From positions 44,702,001 to 44,766,000 of the forward strand of contig OX597824.1 of NCBI GenBank assembly GCA_951406725.2: 64,000 bases of DNA. The letters run 5' to 3'. A program made the translations under genes and the position numbers. Of this stretch, positions 38,523 to 52,151 are shown in pieces. Below the pieces are notes generated by a model. It saw only the letters and a program-made list of their open reading frames with translations. It was not told the DNA's origin and made no database searches. The stretch's first letter is position 1. Each line of letters opens with the position of its first letter. The DNA comes from Octopus vulgaris (Eukaryota).

Positions 38523-38755
38523 GAGTATCGTAAATAACTGGATGAATCATTATCAGGTCACCATTGGGCTAAAAGTTAAAAGTGTATGCAAAAGAAGCAC
38601 CCCAATTTATCAAAGTAAGAAACTGAAGCAGACCTGTCCAGCTGTGCAAACAGAGATAGAAAGTATGACACAGAGAGATAATAAATTCAACTCAATAAGT
38701 ATTACAGTAACTGAATGTGACTCAAAAGAAAAGCAAAATATACCTACTGTTCCAG
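38523..38755 (+). CDS. C3orf20-like gene, exon 10 (RSIVNNWMNHYQVTIGL...)
   Basis: tctcag|...CAG|gtgggt. 233 nt, phase 2 to 1. LQKKARSIVNNWMNHY..IGL fits the helix that closes the FAM194 region. Confidence 0.8.
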
Positions 38756-39276
38756 GTGGGTATGACTGTTTCAGCAGTTCTGTAATTCATATTTGACTCC
38801 TAAATTTGACTCCATATTTGACTCCTAAATAAAAGCTTTTATGGGATTTTTATGTATGCATGATTATGCAGGTTCAATTATTTGTAATATGCCATGTCAG
38901 ATTAGATTTTTAAACTACTAGATTTATCTTTAGTGTTTCTGTTTTCTATACTAGGTTTCTCTAAGTCTACATTTGCCTTATTCCCATAGCAATCCAAAAT
39001 TATAGGCACATTAGTTACCAAGAATAGAGTTCTGTGTTAGGGAAAAGCTTATTAACTAAATGTTATGTATGTGTAAGTTTATATAAGAGCCCTTTGGATG
39101 TCATAGATGTCTTAGCTTAATGGTACTGAGAACTAAGCTGGAATTTGAAAGGTGCAGGGTTTGATTCCATGTGGAGGCTTTTGGGCCATATTTTTTCCAT
39201 ATTCTAAAGGGTATTTACCTGATTTTCTAAGCTCTCTTCACAGCCTTCCTGCATTCTAGAATCCCTTTATTTTCTG

Positions 39277-39343
<67 letters not shown>

Positions 39344-39399
39344 AGCAAAAAAAGTCTCTCTAAAAGATGAAAGCAGTAGTTGTACTAGCAAGGAATGTT

Positions 39400-42300
39400 T
39401 GTAGCCACTTCAATGTAGCTGTTCCATTCAAACGGACTTTACTGCGATTTTTTAAGAAATAGCCCCAAACCAGACTGGTCTGCTGGTCCTGTCACTAGAA
39501 GCTAGTAGGCGTTGCTCTCCTGCTCGTAATATATTGGATGCAGCTGTGCATCATTAACCAGCTTAAAAATGGTTAGGACGTCCACTCTATTCCTCTCAAA
39601 GGGCACAAAAACCACATTCAGCCTCAGGTCAAACTCTGCAGCTAACTTGCCGAGAATTCCCAAACAGCATTTTATCAGCATCTCTGCACCCCACTTAGTT
39701 CACACCCTCCACTCACCAGTGACCACTGATCCCACCCATCTAAGTACAGTGGCCAAATCAGCCCCTTCAACATGGCATCCAGCTCCGCCACGCTGATGTG
39801 GTTGCAGCCATCCTTCTTCCTAAGCCAGGCTGCATCCTCTACCACAACACCTCCAATTTCCAGGACAACTCCCATTGCTATGCTGCTGGCATCACACAAC
39901 ATGATCCATTCTTCAATTTGGGCACATACCAGTTCCTCTTACTGGGTCTTCCGCAGTCACTTTCTCCAAGACTTATTGCATCATGGCGGTTGTCTTCTCG
40001 CCCACGTTATCACTCCACCTCACTCTTGATGAAGCTGCATACTGTCCAGAGCCATCCTGCAATAGAGTAGAGTCCTAGCAGGTTCCCACACACAGAAAAC
40101 AGTTCCCGCCTACTTGTCTTGGAGCCCAGTTCAGGGATTTTATTCCCTCTCCAAAACACCAACATGCTGGCCTTGTCTCTCCATTGCTTGAGTCCCAGTG
40201 CAGCTCCTTCTTCCATCGCCCCTGGCAGTTTGGCAGTTAGCCCAAAATTCTTCAAGTGACTTATGACCTCCTTTGCTGACACTATGCTCTCATCCACCAG
40301 GATGTCATCACTATAGGAATTGGTGGCTCTTTTTACTTTGTTGGCCTTTTCCAGGATGGGTTTGAGAATCGGCGCCATAATCTTCGGTGCTGAATTTAGC
40401 CCGAATCCCAACCTGGTCAGGCAGTATGTCCATCCCTTATACCTTACCAGCTGATATCTCCACAGTCTGTCAGTCACATGCAGCTGCAGGTATGCTGACT
40501 TCAAATTGATGATTGTGGAGACCCCTGTCATCTGCCTCCACTCTCTCAAGGTTTCGCTACAAATGTCTGTAGCTTCGCTGACCGTATGGCACAATATGTG
40601 GTTGTTCAGCTCTCGGAAATCCAATACTAGCTTGACTTTATGCTTCATCAGCTGCACTCCACTCCCCACTTCCTCCTTCCAAGGAATCAGAATACTTTCC
40701 TTGATCCACCGGTCCACCTCTCCCTTAAACTCACTTCTAGCATCCCCTTTCAAGGTATGCTGATAGCAGCCTACTGCATTTTTCAATGTCAGAGCATCTC
40801 CCTTCCATTGCCATTCCATTGTCCACTGCCGGCCATCAAACATAGCTTAAAAATCTTTGTTTGTGATGATGTGTGCAGCATATTTTTCTTTGCACCTCTC
40901 ACCACTCTCCTGTCGTGGACTCACAGTGCATAGCACCCCTGCATCACTGAATGCTACACCAGCTTCATTGACCATGATGCCTCCCAAATGGGCAATAGTA
41001 TCCATCCTCATCACCACATCGATTCCGTCCACTACATGGTCAATCACAATTGCATGCAGCCTCAGTCTTGTTCTTCGTACCACCATCTCCACATCGCTAC
41101 TTCCTCTGCATTTAATTTCCATACCATCAACAGCCCTTACACCACTCACTCCACTCCATTCTTCTACCAGCTTTAGAGTCATTAGGGTTGTTGAGCAGCC
41201 CGTGTCCACGAGGACTCATGACACCTTTCTGTTCACCATGACTTCTACTACTGGCAATGACTGTATACGTACCTCTATTCTTTTGACAGGATGACAACCG
41301 GCACAGTAGTCTCCTATGGACCATTTCTCTGCATGCATTCACTAGCGATGTGGCCTATCTGTCTGCATCGATAGTAAATCCTCAAGGCCTGAGTTCCTTG
41401 CAGTCTCTCATGATGTGCGAACCATCACACTGCCCTTTGAAGGGTCGCCCACGTTCCTTCTTTGACCCCTCTCCACCGCTCTTTGTTTGACCCCATCTCG
41501 GTGTTGCAGTCGTTGCTAAAGGTGTCATCTTGCAACATGAGACAATGGCTCTGGCTCGAGATATTACCTCTCCCATCACCATGGAGTGAATATTTGGCAT
41601 CTTTTGCAGTTTGACTGACACATGGTCAAGAAATCCCTATCACAAATGCTAATTTAACAGTTTGTTCCATTGCATCATCTCTATATCCCACAAGTCTAGC
41701 CAATCTCCTGGTTTTGTTAGCAAACACATCGACCTGTTCGCCCATCCACTTCGCTTTCCCCAGTCAACCATATGCCATAAATGGCCCTTCTGTAAAAGCC
41801 TCCATCAGCTGGCCTTCAATTTTTTCAGCGCTCAACTGGTCCTTCTCCTCCATTTCTAGGTATAGCACCAATGCCAATTCATTGAGATACAACAGTATGA
41901 AACTCGCTAGGTCAGCTATACCTTGAAGTCTTGCCATCAACTTAATTTTTTGCAGCCAAGTGGTGACATCTCGCTTGCCACAAAATGGCCTAAATGTTTC
42001 ATTTGAAACACAGACATACCCATCATTTTTAGCTGAAATAGCTTGGGATGTAAAGGAAGAAAAAGATGGAAGTGAAGGGAGAAACACGTCTGCTTTGATG
42101 CGCTGTTCACCACCGACTGACTCTCGTGCTTCACTGACCCCGCATGCCCACCGCGGCCCTTCCAGTGGGACCCACAGGCTCCACTTCCGACAGGACTTGC
42201 CTACTCCCTCACTTCTGATCCTTCACCACAGAAATCAATCAGCTAACATGCGCATAAAAAAAAATACAATCAGTAAATGGAACAACAAGATTATGTAAGA
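39400..42300 (-). mobile_element. Decayed Ty3/Gypsy-like LTR retrotransposon (gag-PR-RT-RNaseH; no integrase seen)
   Basis: gag (DVTTWLQKIKLMARLQG), protease DTG, RT (LDFRELN, NLKSAYLQ, RLGFGLNSAP, YSDDILV), RNase H (CDASS..AELDA). Outer boundaries are approximate. Confidence 0.85.
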
Positions 42301-42767
42301 CTTCTCTCAAATTCAAAATGTTAATTTGTTTTTGTTATCTTTATTCCAACAATGGAACTTGTATCTTTAATAGAAACTAGTCCCTTCTTTACAGGAAGAC
42401 TTGAAACAACTAAAATAGAAGAGAACACACATACATACACACACACACACACAGGCACGCACACATGCACACACACGCACACACACATGCACACACACAC
42501 ACACAAGTGATGTTTTACTGGGGTATTTTTCATACAAAAATTTGACACCTCAATACACATCATTTTCAGTATGTAGATGGATATTTAAAACCTGTAGATA
42601 TGAACTTAAAGTCATAGTTTGCACTCACACATACACTTACATGTACACACAAAATAGAGACTTTGACTTAGATCCTTATGCACACACACAAATATTTGCC
42701 AAACAATACTATTATAATGTAATGCAAATTAATTATATGTCATTTATTTGTACCTTATCTATTTCAG

Positions 42768-42918
42768 ATGCTTGTCCAAATAAAGGATTACTGACTGCCA
42801 GATATAATAAATTGATCTTAGAGAAGGCATACAACAATATACACAGTGTTACAAACAGTGATGTTGCTGGAATGACCAACAAAAAAAGTTTTATACAAGC
42901 TTTAGAAGATGTTTCCAA
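42768..42918 (+). CDS. C3orf20-like gene, exon 11 (DACPNKGLLTARYNK...ALEDVS)
   Basis: tttcag|...AA|gtaagt (canonical donor). 151 nt, phase 1 to 2. Confidence 0.75.
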
Positions 42919-44834
42919 GTAAGTATTCAATCTGATCAAATTCATCTATTTCAAAAACAGAAAGATGTAAGGAATATCAATACAACCATCATTACTGCCG
43001 CTACCATCCCTGACAGCAATAGCAGCAGTAGTAACAACAACATTAATATTTCCTGCAATAGTGATAGCAGTAACAATAACAGTAGTAGAAACCAAAACTA
43101 GGAGAAAAACTGCAATTAAATCTAATGCCAGTACCATCAGTGCTATAATCAATGACATTCCCTGTGGCTAATGGTATCATCAGCTGCAGTATAAACAACA
43201 GGTACAGCAAGAGTGCTGCAAATGCTGGATCTTTCACAAATGATTGAAGAATAGTTGAGGTTTGTTTTGAAGGGAAGTGGATTGATGCAAGAGATCAAAA
43301 GATCCATATAGATCTTGGAATAATGGCATGGAGACCAGTGACATACTGGTGTATGGTTGTCAAGAGCTGGTAAGGTGAAAGGGCCATGTATGACCATACA
43401 GAGAAATATCTGAAGAGAATGTGAACATTGACCTCATCATTCATGCCAAGCAATATGCAATAGTAGAGGGGAGATTCCTCTCAGGGTCTTGCACACAAAG
43501 ACACTGCAAGAATAAGAAATTTACTTTAATTCCAACATGGACTGGTAACTGGCAAAGGTGAATGTGTGTCGGGTGTGTCAGCAGAATCATATATCTGGTA
43601 ATATCTGGAACTGGTGGCATGTATTGTTCACATTAATAGGTACCTTCCTTCCATTCATTCTTCCAACAAGAAGTTTATTGGATCATGGTAAATTGTTATT
43701 GAGCATATAGGGAAAACAGTTAATGACCATGATTCTATAACAAACTAAAAATTCAGAAAGGTGAACAGAACTCAAAGTACCCACAAACCAGTTAACTTTA
43801 CCATTTTCTGAAAGATGAGTACTGAATTGTGGAATACATAATACAAAGAAATACAAGCATCTACATACTGAAAAGACAACAGCTGATAGACTTCTAGCAT
43901 AGAACAAATCCTTGCTGTTGAAATTCTTACGTAAGTTGTGTGTACCTAAAAGTATATACAATGTAGCAGAGGATCTTTGAGGAACCCCAAAACCTGGATT
44001 ACCCAGATAATGTGTTCGTTTATTCATCACTAAATATTTCAGTAGAGAAAGTCAGCTGTGTAAGTACACATGGTCTGAGGTCAGCTTGGAAGTTAGGATG
44101 CTTGCTTAACAATTCAAGTCACTATATTTAGATACAATAGTTATCAGTGTAATCAGGATTTCAAAGGCACATGCACTCGTGCTCTTTCTTAATGATAAGG
44201 AGCACATTTCCACCTAGAACCATATGAATAGTTTGAATAGCTAATGAGGAACTGGTAAACAATTTGAAAATACTGCAGAAAAAAAGAGGGAAACAATGAT
44301 ATTCAAACTGGGAATGTGGGCTTTGACTATGTAGAACATGTATGCAGTAAACTGCTAACTAATTAAACTGTGTGGATGGGCATATCTCAGAGGATGGTGA
44401 CATCATTGTTACCAGTAACTATGTTTAGCTAATATTTATGACACTTCTCAGGTGTTTTGATTTGTAACTCCTGCATATTTTCCAGTATAGGTACACAAAT
44501 AATTTGTTATACCTGTCACTATATTCAGTCTTTGCTAGTTTCAGACATCCAAAAACAATGAGGTCACTGGTTTCTTCATATTCTCTACAGATCCTTCATT
44601 GTGGATCAGTTCCATCCTTTATGATGTGAAGGTTTATAGAATCTGTAAGACTCTGATCTTGAACAGTAATTACCAAACCTTCCAACCCTACTTTCAGTCT
44701 GCTACATTTAAGCCACTAGTGTATCTTCACTTAGTCCATATTTGCAGCCTGCATTTATTTTGCATTACCTTATTCTCCCAGTGTTGAAACTACCCACAAT
44801 ATTTTGCACTCTGCTTCATTCATATGGTATAAAT

Positions 44835-45068
44835 CAGTGGTTCTCAACTATTTTTGTCCTGTCAACCCCTTCAATTCCTATTTTATTTGGGTGGACCATC
44901 ATAGCCATTTGATGTTTAAAAAATCCTGTTACATTTTTATAATTAAATATTATTTAGAATTGTGTAGAAAATTTTTCTTTTAATATTTTGTATATTGTAG
45001 ATGTATAACCTATTTATTGCACATAAATTTTAACAAAATCTTATACGGACCCTGGTTGAGAACCATTG
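44835..45068. mobile_element. hAT-Charlie-type MITE
   Basis: CAGTGGTTCTCAAC ... GTTGAGAACCATTG ends. 8-bp target duplication GTATAAAT / GTGTAAAT (7/8). Confidence 0.85.
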
Positions 45069-47546
45069 GTGTAAATGGTTGTTGCCACTTTTCCTATTGG
45101 TTGGGTTTCTGGAATATCGAGTTATTTTTTTCTTGAAATGCCTTGCTTCTTTTATAATGGAGTGTATCTGATGTTTTATGATTTGGATTAGTGGATCATT
45201 AAATCTGTTTCATTCATTTGGCATAAATAGTAGTTGCCTCATTTTCTGTTGATGGGGTTTCTGAACCCTCAAACTTTGGTTCTTCTAGAGTTGATAAAAT
45301 AAGTTGCTGTGAATTACTGCGGTTAACTTAATCAGCTATTCCACTCACCTAAGATTTGTGAATTTGAACATCTGTTAGAATTCATTACTATTGTTTGTTT
45401 TGGGTTTTTTTTCTTCATTGTTGTTGTTTAACTCAAAGTTAGCCCTGATCCAAGTCAATCTAATAATCAAAGACATTCTAGTCTTGATCTCATCCCCTTT
45501 CATTTTGTATATTCAGAATGTCATTATATAAGCGACATCTGTTTGGGCTGATGGCAGTGAAAGAAGGTAATGTTTAGAGCCAAATTAACTATGATTTAGT
45601 AAACATGTAATAAAAGGCATTTTAGCTTTGATGATTCTTTTTTCTAATGTATTCTTCATCATTTAAGATTGTAGAGTATGATTTGCAGGAGATCTCTCAT
45701 TGGCTTGTTGACTCATTATTTTTGCTTGTTTTTTGTTTTTATTTTTTGACATAGGTAGAATGGCAGAAATTGTAATAGGATATTAAGGGTACTTTCTCTT
45801 TTCTCTCTCATTTTCACTCTCCTTCTCTCTCCCTTCCTTTTCCTTTTCACTGTTTTTCTTTTGTAGGTACCTGATTGTGTGTATGCATGTTTTGTTTGTA
45901 TGTATCTATGTATGACTGTGTGTATGTGTTTGTGTGTGCATGTGTGTGTGTGTGTGAGTGTACAGATTTATTTGATACTGACATTTTTCTTTGCATGCCA
46001 GCTATATAAACTGGGTCTTTCTTGTGTATAATAATAGCTCTAAAAATATGATTTCTCTCTTAGCAACACATATATTATGCAAGAAGCAAGAAGTAACTTG
46101 ACTTCATTACATGTACTTAATGACTTTGAATTGATGAAATGCAAAATAAAACCTAACCAGCTTGAAACTCTTAACTAAATATAGTAATGCAGATGTGAAT
46201 GTTTTATTGCCTTCATATGTGTGTCCATGTACATCATGAATATGTATGTGTATGTACATATGTATGTGTAAGTGTATGTGTGATCATCATCATCATGATC
46301 ATTATCATCATCATCACTTAATGTCTGCCTTCCATTCTGGCATGGGTTGGACAGTTTGACAGGAGCTGGCCAGGCAGGAGCCTGCACCAGACTTCTGTAT
46401 CTGTTTTGGCAGGGATTTTATTAGTTAATGCCCTTCCTAACACCATCCACCCACCCAGCAGAGTGTACTGAGTGTTTTTTTATGGGGCACAAGCACAGGC
46501 AAGGTTGGTTTTGGCATGGTTTTTACTGCTGGATGCCCTTCCAACCACCAACCACTTTACAGTGTGGATAGGATGCTTTTACATGGCATCAGTAGTGGCA
46601 GGAACACCAAGTAACTTGTAACGCAAAGATCTTTTGAGAGGAGAGCAGCCATCGGAGGAGGTGATCTCATGTCAGATGATGAAAGGTTATAGTGAGACAG
46701 CAAGACAGAAACAAGTGTCTTGCTGTGTATATATATGTGTGTGTGTGTATATATGTATGAATGTATGCATGTACATGTGCATGTGTGTGTGTTGTGTATG
46801 TTTTGTGTGTGTTTGCATATGTGTTTGTGTATGTGTGTGTTTGTGCATGTGTTTGTGTGTGTGTGTGTGTGAGGTCACTCTTAGGTGCTATTGGTAACAT
46901 GTAATCTAGTACACCCTATTGCATGGTTGGGTTGTCGGTGACTAAACTGGTAACCCCATCAAGCTTGCTTGGTGAGGAGGGTGATTGTTGGATATCCTAC
47001 AGGATGAAAAGTAAGACCTGTCAAAGGGTAAAGTGCTCATGAGCAGTCAACAACCATCTAACAATATGTGTACATGTGTATGTATGCATGTATGAATGCA
47101 CGGTGGTGTGGAAATACCTGGGCTGGTGATTGCCTGTTTTTTGGAATGCAAAGGCATTTGTTTACTGACTACCTTCAAAAGGGTTACACCATCAAAGGAG
47201 AGTACTATGCCAACTTCCTAAGGCATATGGTTGGCCCACTGGGAGTGGGAGGCCCCTCTGTTGTTGTCACACCATCTCTTTAGGAGAGGAAAACTCTGAG
47301 AGAAAACCTGCAACACTGACATGGTCAATGATGTAGACTAGTTCTTCTTTTCGAGTTTATATTGTCCATGTTCAGCAAGTGGGATTGGATTTGTGCAAAT
47401 TCTTTCCCCACTACAAAAAATCATCATGCACAGGCATTGCTTAAAAAAAAGTAAGACCTGTCTCAAAAATGGCTGGTCATAGCCTTCACATATGTAGGAC
47501 TTTCGATCAGGCAATGGCAATACTCGAACACGAGTTTTCAGCCATC

Positions 47547-47799
47547 ATGTATGTATGTATGTATGTATGTATGTATGTATGTATGTATGTATGTATGTAT
47601 GTATGTATGTATGTATGTATGTATGTATGTATGTATGTATGTATGTATGTATGTATGTATGTATGTATGTATGTATGTATGTATGTATGTATGTATGTAT
47701 GTATGTATGTATGTATGTATGTATGTATGTATGTATGTATGTATGTATGTATGTATGTATGTATGTATGTATGTATGTATGTATGTATGTATGTATGTA

Positions 47800-47875
<76 letters not shown>
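47547..47875. repeat. Long compound microsatellite (ATGT)n of about 260 bp followed by (GT)n
   Basis: Read directly. It explains the MYVC/HTYI pseudo-ORFs. Confidence 0.95.
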
Positions 47876-47877
<2 letters not shown>

Positions 47878-48174
47878 CATGTATGTATGTACGTATGTAT
47901 GTATGTAAGTACATACATATGTGTGTAGTTCACAAGGTATGGTATGACTTGAGGCAAGAAAATGACATTTGTCCATGATGTGGGATTGAACCAGAATATC
48001 GCAAAGCAAACTTCTGAACCATTCAGCCATACCATGCCTACTGAAAACAGATACTAATATATTATGGCTGTTTATTGACTGCAAGTGTTAACAAAAGTTA
48101 TAACAGCCTTTTCAAGATTGTAACTTAGGATTTGACATTGTTTGAGGCAGATTCAGCTGGTTTCCTTGAACATT

Positions 48175-48680
48175 TCCTAAGCCAGGATGAGTGTTGACTT
48201 CATCACTTTGAGCCAGAGACAAAAATACAATCCATGCAGAAGAAACGCCCTTCCTCACCTGCTCCAAAGCAGGCCAAGGTCATTTCATCAGCCGGGAAGG
48301 TGATTGCCTGTTTTTTGGAATGCAAAGGCATTTGTTTACTGACTACCTTCAAAAGGGTTACACCATCAAAGGAGAGTACTATGCCAACTTCCTAAGGTGG
48401 ATATGATCAGCCCCCCTTATTCTCCTGATTTGGCCTCACCTATTATCTGTTCCCCAGTATGAAAAAACACTAATTTCACAGAGATGATGACATCATATCT
48501 GCTGTTGATGACTTTTTTGACCAACAGGATGAAAGCTTCTTCACCAATGGGATCCAAACACTGCAACTCTGAAAGAAGAAGTGTGTGGACCACAAAGGAG
48601 ACTATGTTATCTCCTTTGATCACATTTCATGACAGTATCTTGATTGGTCAGCCTATGAACTTTTCAGCCAACCCTCATAT
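48175..48680 (+). mobile_element. Mariner 3' fragment, same family as 33785-35050, internally deleted
   Basis: HHFEPETK, SAGKVIA, DYLQKGYTIKGEYYANFL, PPYSPDLA. Ends in TIR CAGCCTATGAACTTTTCAGC. Confidence 0.85.
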
Positions 48681-49180
48681 GCCTGGAATTTCCCCTCTAA
48701 TTCCCCTATACATTCAACAATGAGAAGTAGATCATCAGCATACAGGAGTTTCCATGAACAGCTAGAATTAAACTCTTCTGTAGTAGTCTATCGGACTATG
48801 ATGAATAGAAGAGGACACCTGCCTTCACATCAAATTCATCACTGAAATCATTGTTGACTCTCACTTTACTTACATCTTTGTACATAGCTTGTACAGCCCT
48901 GACAATCTATTCATCTGCACCTAGTCTCCTTAGTGACTACCAAATTACCGAACTTAGAGACCATTCAGTAATTTGGTGACTGTATTATATTGTATTTAGA
49001 TATGAATAAATTCTAAATTAGATTTAAAATAAAAAGAAAGGCAGTCCTCCAGCAAGGCCACAGTTAAATGACTGAAACAAGTACAAAAAAAGGATAAAAG
49101 GATAAACAAAGAAAAATAACAAATTATTGTTTATATGATTTATTTGTTTATTTATTTCAATATTTTTGTATATTTTTCAG

Positions 49181-49304
49181 TACTGCGAGAAAGCTGCATG
49201 CCTTGCGCTCGAAACTGAGACATGATCAAGTACCCATGCATCATCCTCCAAGGAAATCTATTACTATGAAATCTCTTGCAAAATGTGTAAACACTCTTTT
49301 ATAG
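49181..49304 (+). CDS. C3orf20-like gene, probable terminal coding exon 12a (NTARKLHALRSKLRHDQ...VNTLL*)
   Basis: Strong acceptor tatttttcag. Phase-2 entry is open to TAG at 49302-49304. Confidence 0.6.
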
Positions 49305-50281
49305 GTCTCTTCCATCGAAGAAGTACTTCAGACAACAAGCTATCAGATGTAGTATATCAAATCCATAGCTTGTTGTTACTTGCTGTTATTTATCATCATC
49401 ATCATTATCCCCTCCTTCTTCTTTTCTTCATCATCATCACTGTCATTGACTTTATCATTAATCTCAATACCTCTATACTTATCCCATATTTGGGGCACAA
49501 CAGAGGTAAATCACCTTAATTTTGGTGGTGGACTAAAACTGTTAAGTAGCTTAATGACTGGCCCTTGGATGCCTTCAGTTGATGAAGTCCACACTATTAT
49601 AAGCATAATTTTGATACCCTGATGTTCTTCTTCCCATTACAGAAACCCATAAATTGCATCTTTATCCCACTCTTTCCTCTACCAGTTTTGAAAGCTTTGT
49701 AGGTGTGATGAGTGCTTCATTCTCCTCTAAAGAAAAAATTCTCCCAACATTTTTACCGCTTGGCAATTTTTTATAACAGCAGATATCATTCACTGCTGCC
49801 ATCATCACACACAGATTATAAATGTAAATGTTCATCATTTTATTTACTATGTACCAATAGTCATCCTGTTTTCAGTCTGGTAGTACTTAAAATTCAGCTC
49901 TTGAAACATTTTCCTATTTTAATGGTGGTATTGAATAGATCAGAGTTGATTTGTCTGTCCCAAATAGAAAGAATAGCAACTACTTAGCTAGACAGTAACC
50001 TATTCAATCTTATCCCTGTAAATTGTATTTTTAACCAATCCAGCAAAATAAAAACACTAAAACTGAAAAATTATTTAGGCATGAGGGCTACCTACATTTT
50101 GAATACATTTAGCTTAAACCTTCCCGTGTGCTTGTGATCATCCAGAAATAGCTAGACATATAAAACACTTCAGAAGAATACTACATCAGTTTAAAAAAAA
50201 CAACTTTGAAACCTGTTTCAGACAAACTTAAGACACATATATGTATACACTAAATATCTGCAATGTAAACTATTATTCTAG

Positions 50282-50441
50282 ATTTAAATTCTATATTGGG
50301 TTTCAAACTACTCCCATTGAATCTGTTATTATGAATGAACTAGATGATGAAATGGATGTAATTTATCCTGGATGTTACACTCCCCCCAACAAAGTCTACA
50401 CTACCTGGTGGAACTCACCGCAGGGTTTTGTATCAGACTGA
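50282..50441 (+). CDS. C3orf20-like gene, candidate alternative terminal exon 12b (KFKFYIGFQTTPIES...QGFVSD*)
   Basis: ttctag acceptor. Phase-2 entry is compatible with exon 11. Non-repetitive, protein-like 53-codon frame. Confidence 0.45.
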
Positions 50442-52104
50442 AGTATGACATTAATAGTTATAAATTGTTCTAAAACAACCACTTGATTCCTTTTATGACG
50501 TATGTTTATCTGTTCAAGCAAAGTTGACAAAAATCGTCAAAAATAACAAATATATTTGTACTGGCATCTATTCTTCATTGCTACCTCATATCTTCCTCAC
50601 AAATATATCTATAGTTTATGAAGATGCTGTTCAGACACATATTACACCCATCTGACATAAACCCTGTTGCAAAAGTACTGAGAAATTGAAGACTTCTTTC
50701 AACCTTTCAATTATGAAACAAGTATTCAGTGTATAAAATATGTTATGAGAAAGCTCTTGTGTGAAAATCGATGTCTTATATCTCTCTGAGCTAAGTTATG
50801 ATACACGATTAGCTTTCTCCCAACTACTTACAGTAATCGATCCAAATGTTATTTATCTTTAGTTTGTATATGTAAGTAGCTCAAGTTCTATTTCTATACT
50901 GATAGCTTTGTTCCCAGAGTGAACAGATCAACTGTCTAGTATAACTCGTGCATGCATCCCTCTTTGCTATAATTATCTGTTTTGTTTACATAAGTCATTT
51001 CAATGTTATTATACTCTTAATGTTTTCAGCCAATCAACAAACTTATCAAGTGTGTAAAGATCAATGATTTGTTATTGTATATTTGTATTAAAAGAAATGC
51101 TTACACATACAACTTATTTGTCTAAATATTATATTGACCATATCCTAAAATAAAATTGAAAGAACCTTTGGTTTAGTTTTTGTACAGGAGAGGGGAAGCA
51201 GGAAATCGTGATTCTCACACTTTTGTCAATAGCATTTGCAATGTCCATGAAGTAAAATACGTATAATGAAAATTAAAAAAATAGAAACTAGGTCATGAAC
51301 TTGGTTCATTGGAAGCTTACCCTAAGACTAGCAAACTTGCAAGTCCTAAAAATACTAAAAGACATTCTGTGATGTTTATGTATTTCTTCAGCTCCTCATC
51401 ATCATTTTAACATCGATTTTTCCATACTTGCATTGGATAGATGGGATTTGTTAAAGAATATTTTCTATGGTGGAATGTCCTTCCTATTGCCAACCCTTTT
51501 CTGTTTCCAAGCAAGATAATACTTCCCCATGGCTGGATATGGTTTAACAGAAGATTAAAAATGCATGACACCTTTTTTGTGATGATGACACTCATTTACA
51601 ACTATTACATGATGCCAAAACAAGGTGACTCAAATAAACACACACACACATATGTATTTACAAATATGGATCAAAACAGTTTGATTCAAATTCGCTGGTA
51701 CTCTTACATTTATTTATAGGCACAGGTGTGGCAATGTGGTAAGTAGTATGCTTCCTAACCACACGATTCAGTCCCTTGCACAAATGCCATCTATTATGGC
51801 CCTAGTCCAACTAAAGCCTTATGAGTGGATTTGGCAGATGTAAACTGGAAGAAACCCATTGTATGTATATGTGTGTGTTCTTGTCTTGACATTGTGTGAT
51901 AGTTGTAAAATGATTGTCACTGTCATTCATTTCCAATGTTCTCCAATGACATGTCTGGTCACAAGAATATATTACCTTGCTTGGAAGCAGGTGAAGGCTG
52001 GCAACAGGAATGGCATCCAATAGTAGAAAATCTGTCTCAAATAAACTCTGTCCAACCCATGCAAGCATTGAAAAATGTACATGATGAAGATTTTTATGAT
52101 GAGG

Positions 52105-52150
<46 letters not shown>

Positions 52151-52151
<1 letters not shown>

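Noticed and set aside
42100-42300. LTR pair for the Gypsy element
   Set aside because: No matching direct repeat was found near 39350-39550.
47469-48084. Long MYVC/HTYI ORFs (also CV/TH ORFs at 33044 and 46634)
   Set aside because: These are translations of microsatellites.
48938-48977. Hairpin CCAAATTACCGAA/TTCAGTAATTTGG as a pre-miRNA
   Set aside because: The stem is too short and there is no supporting evidence.
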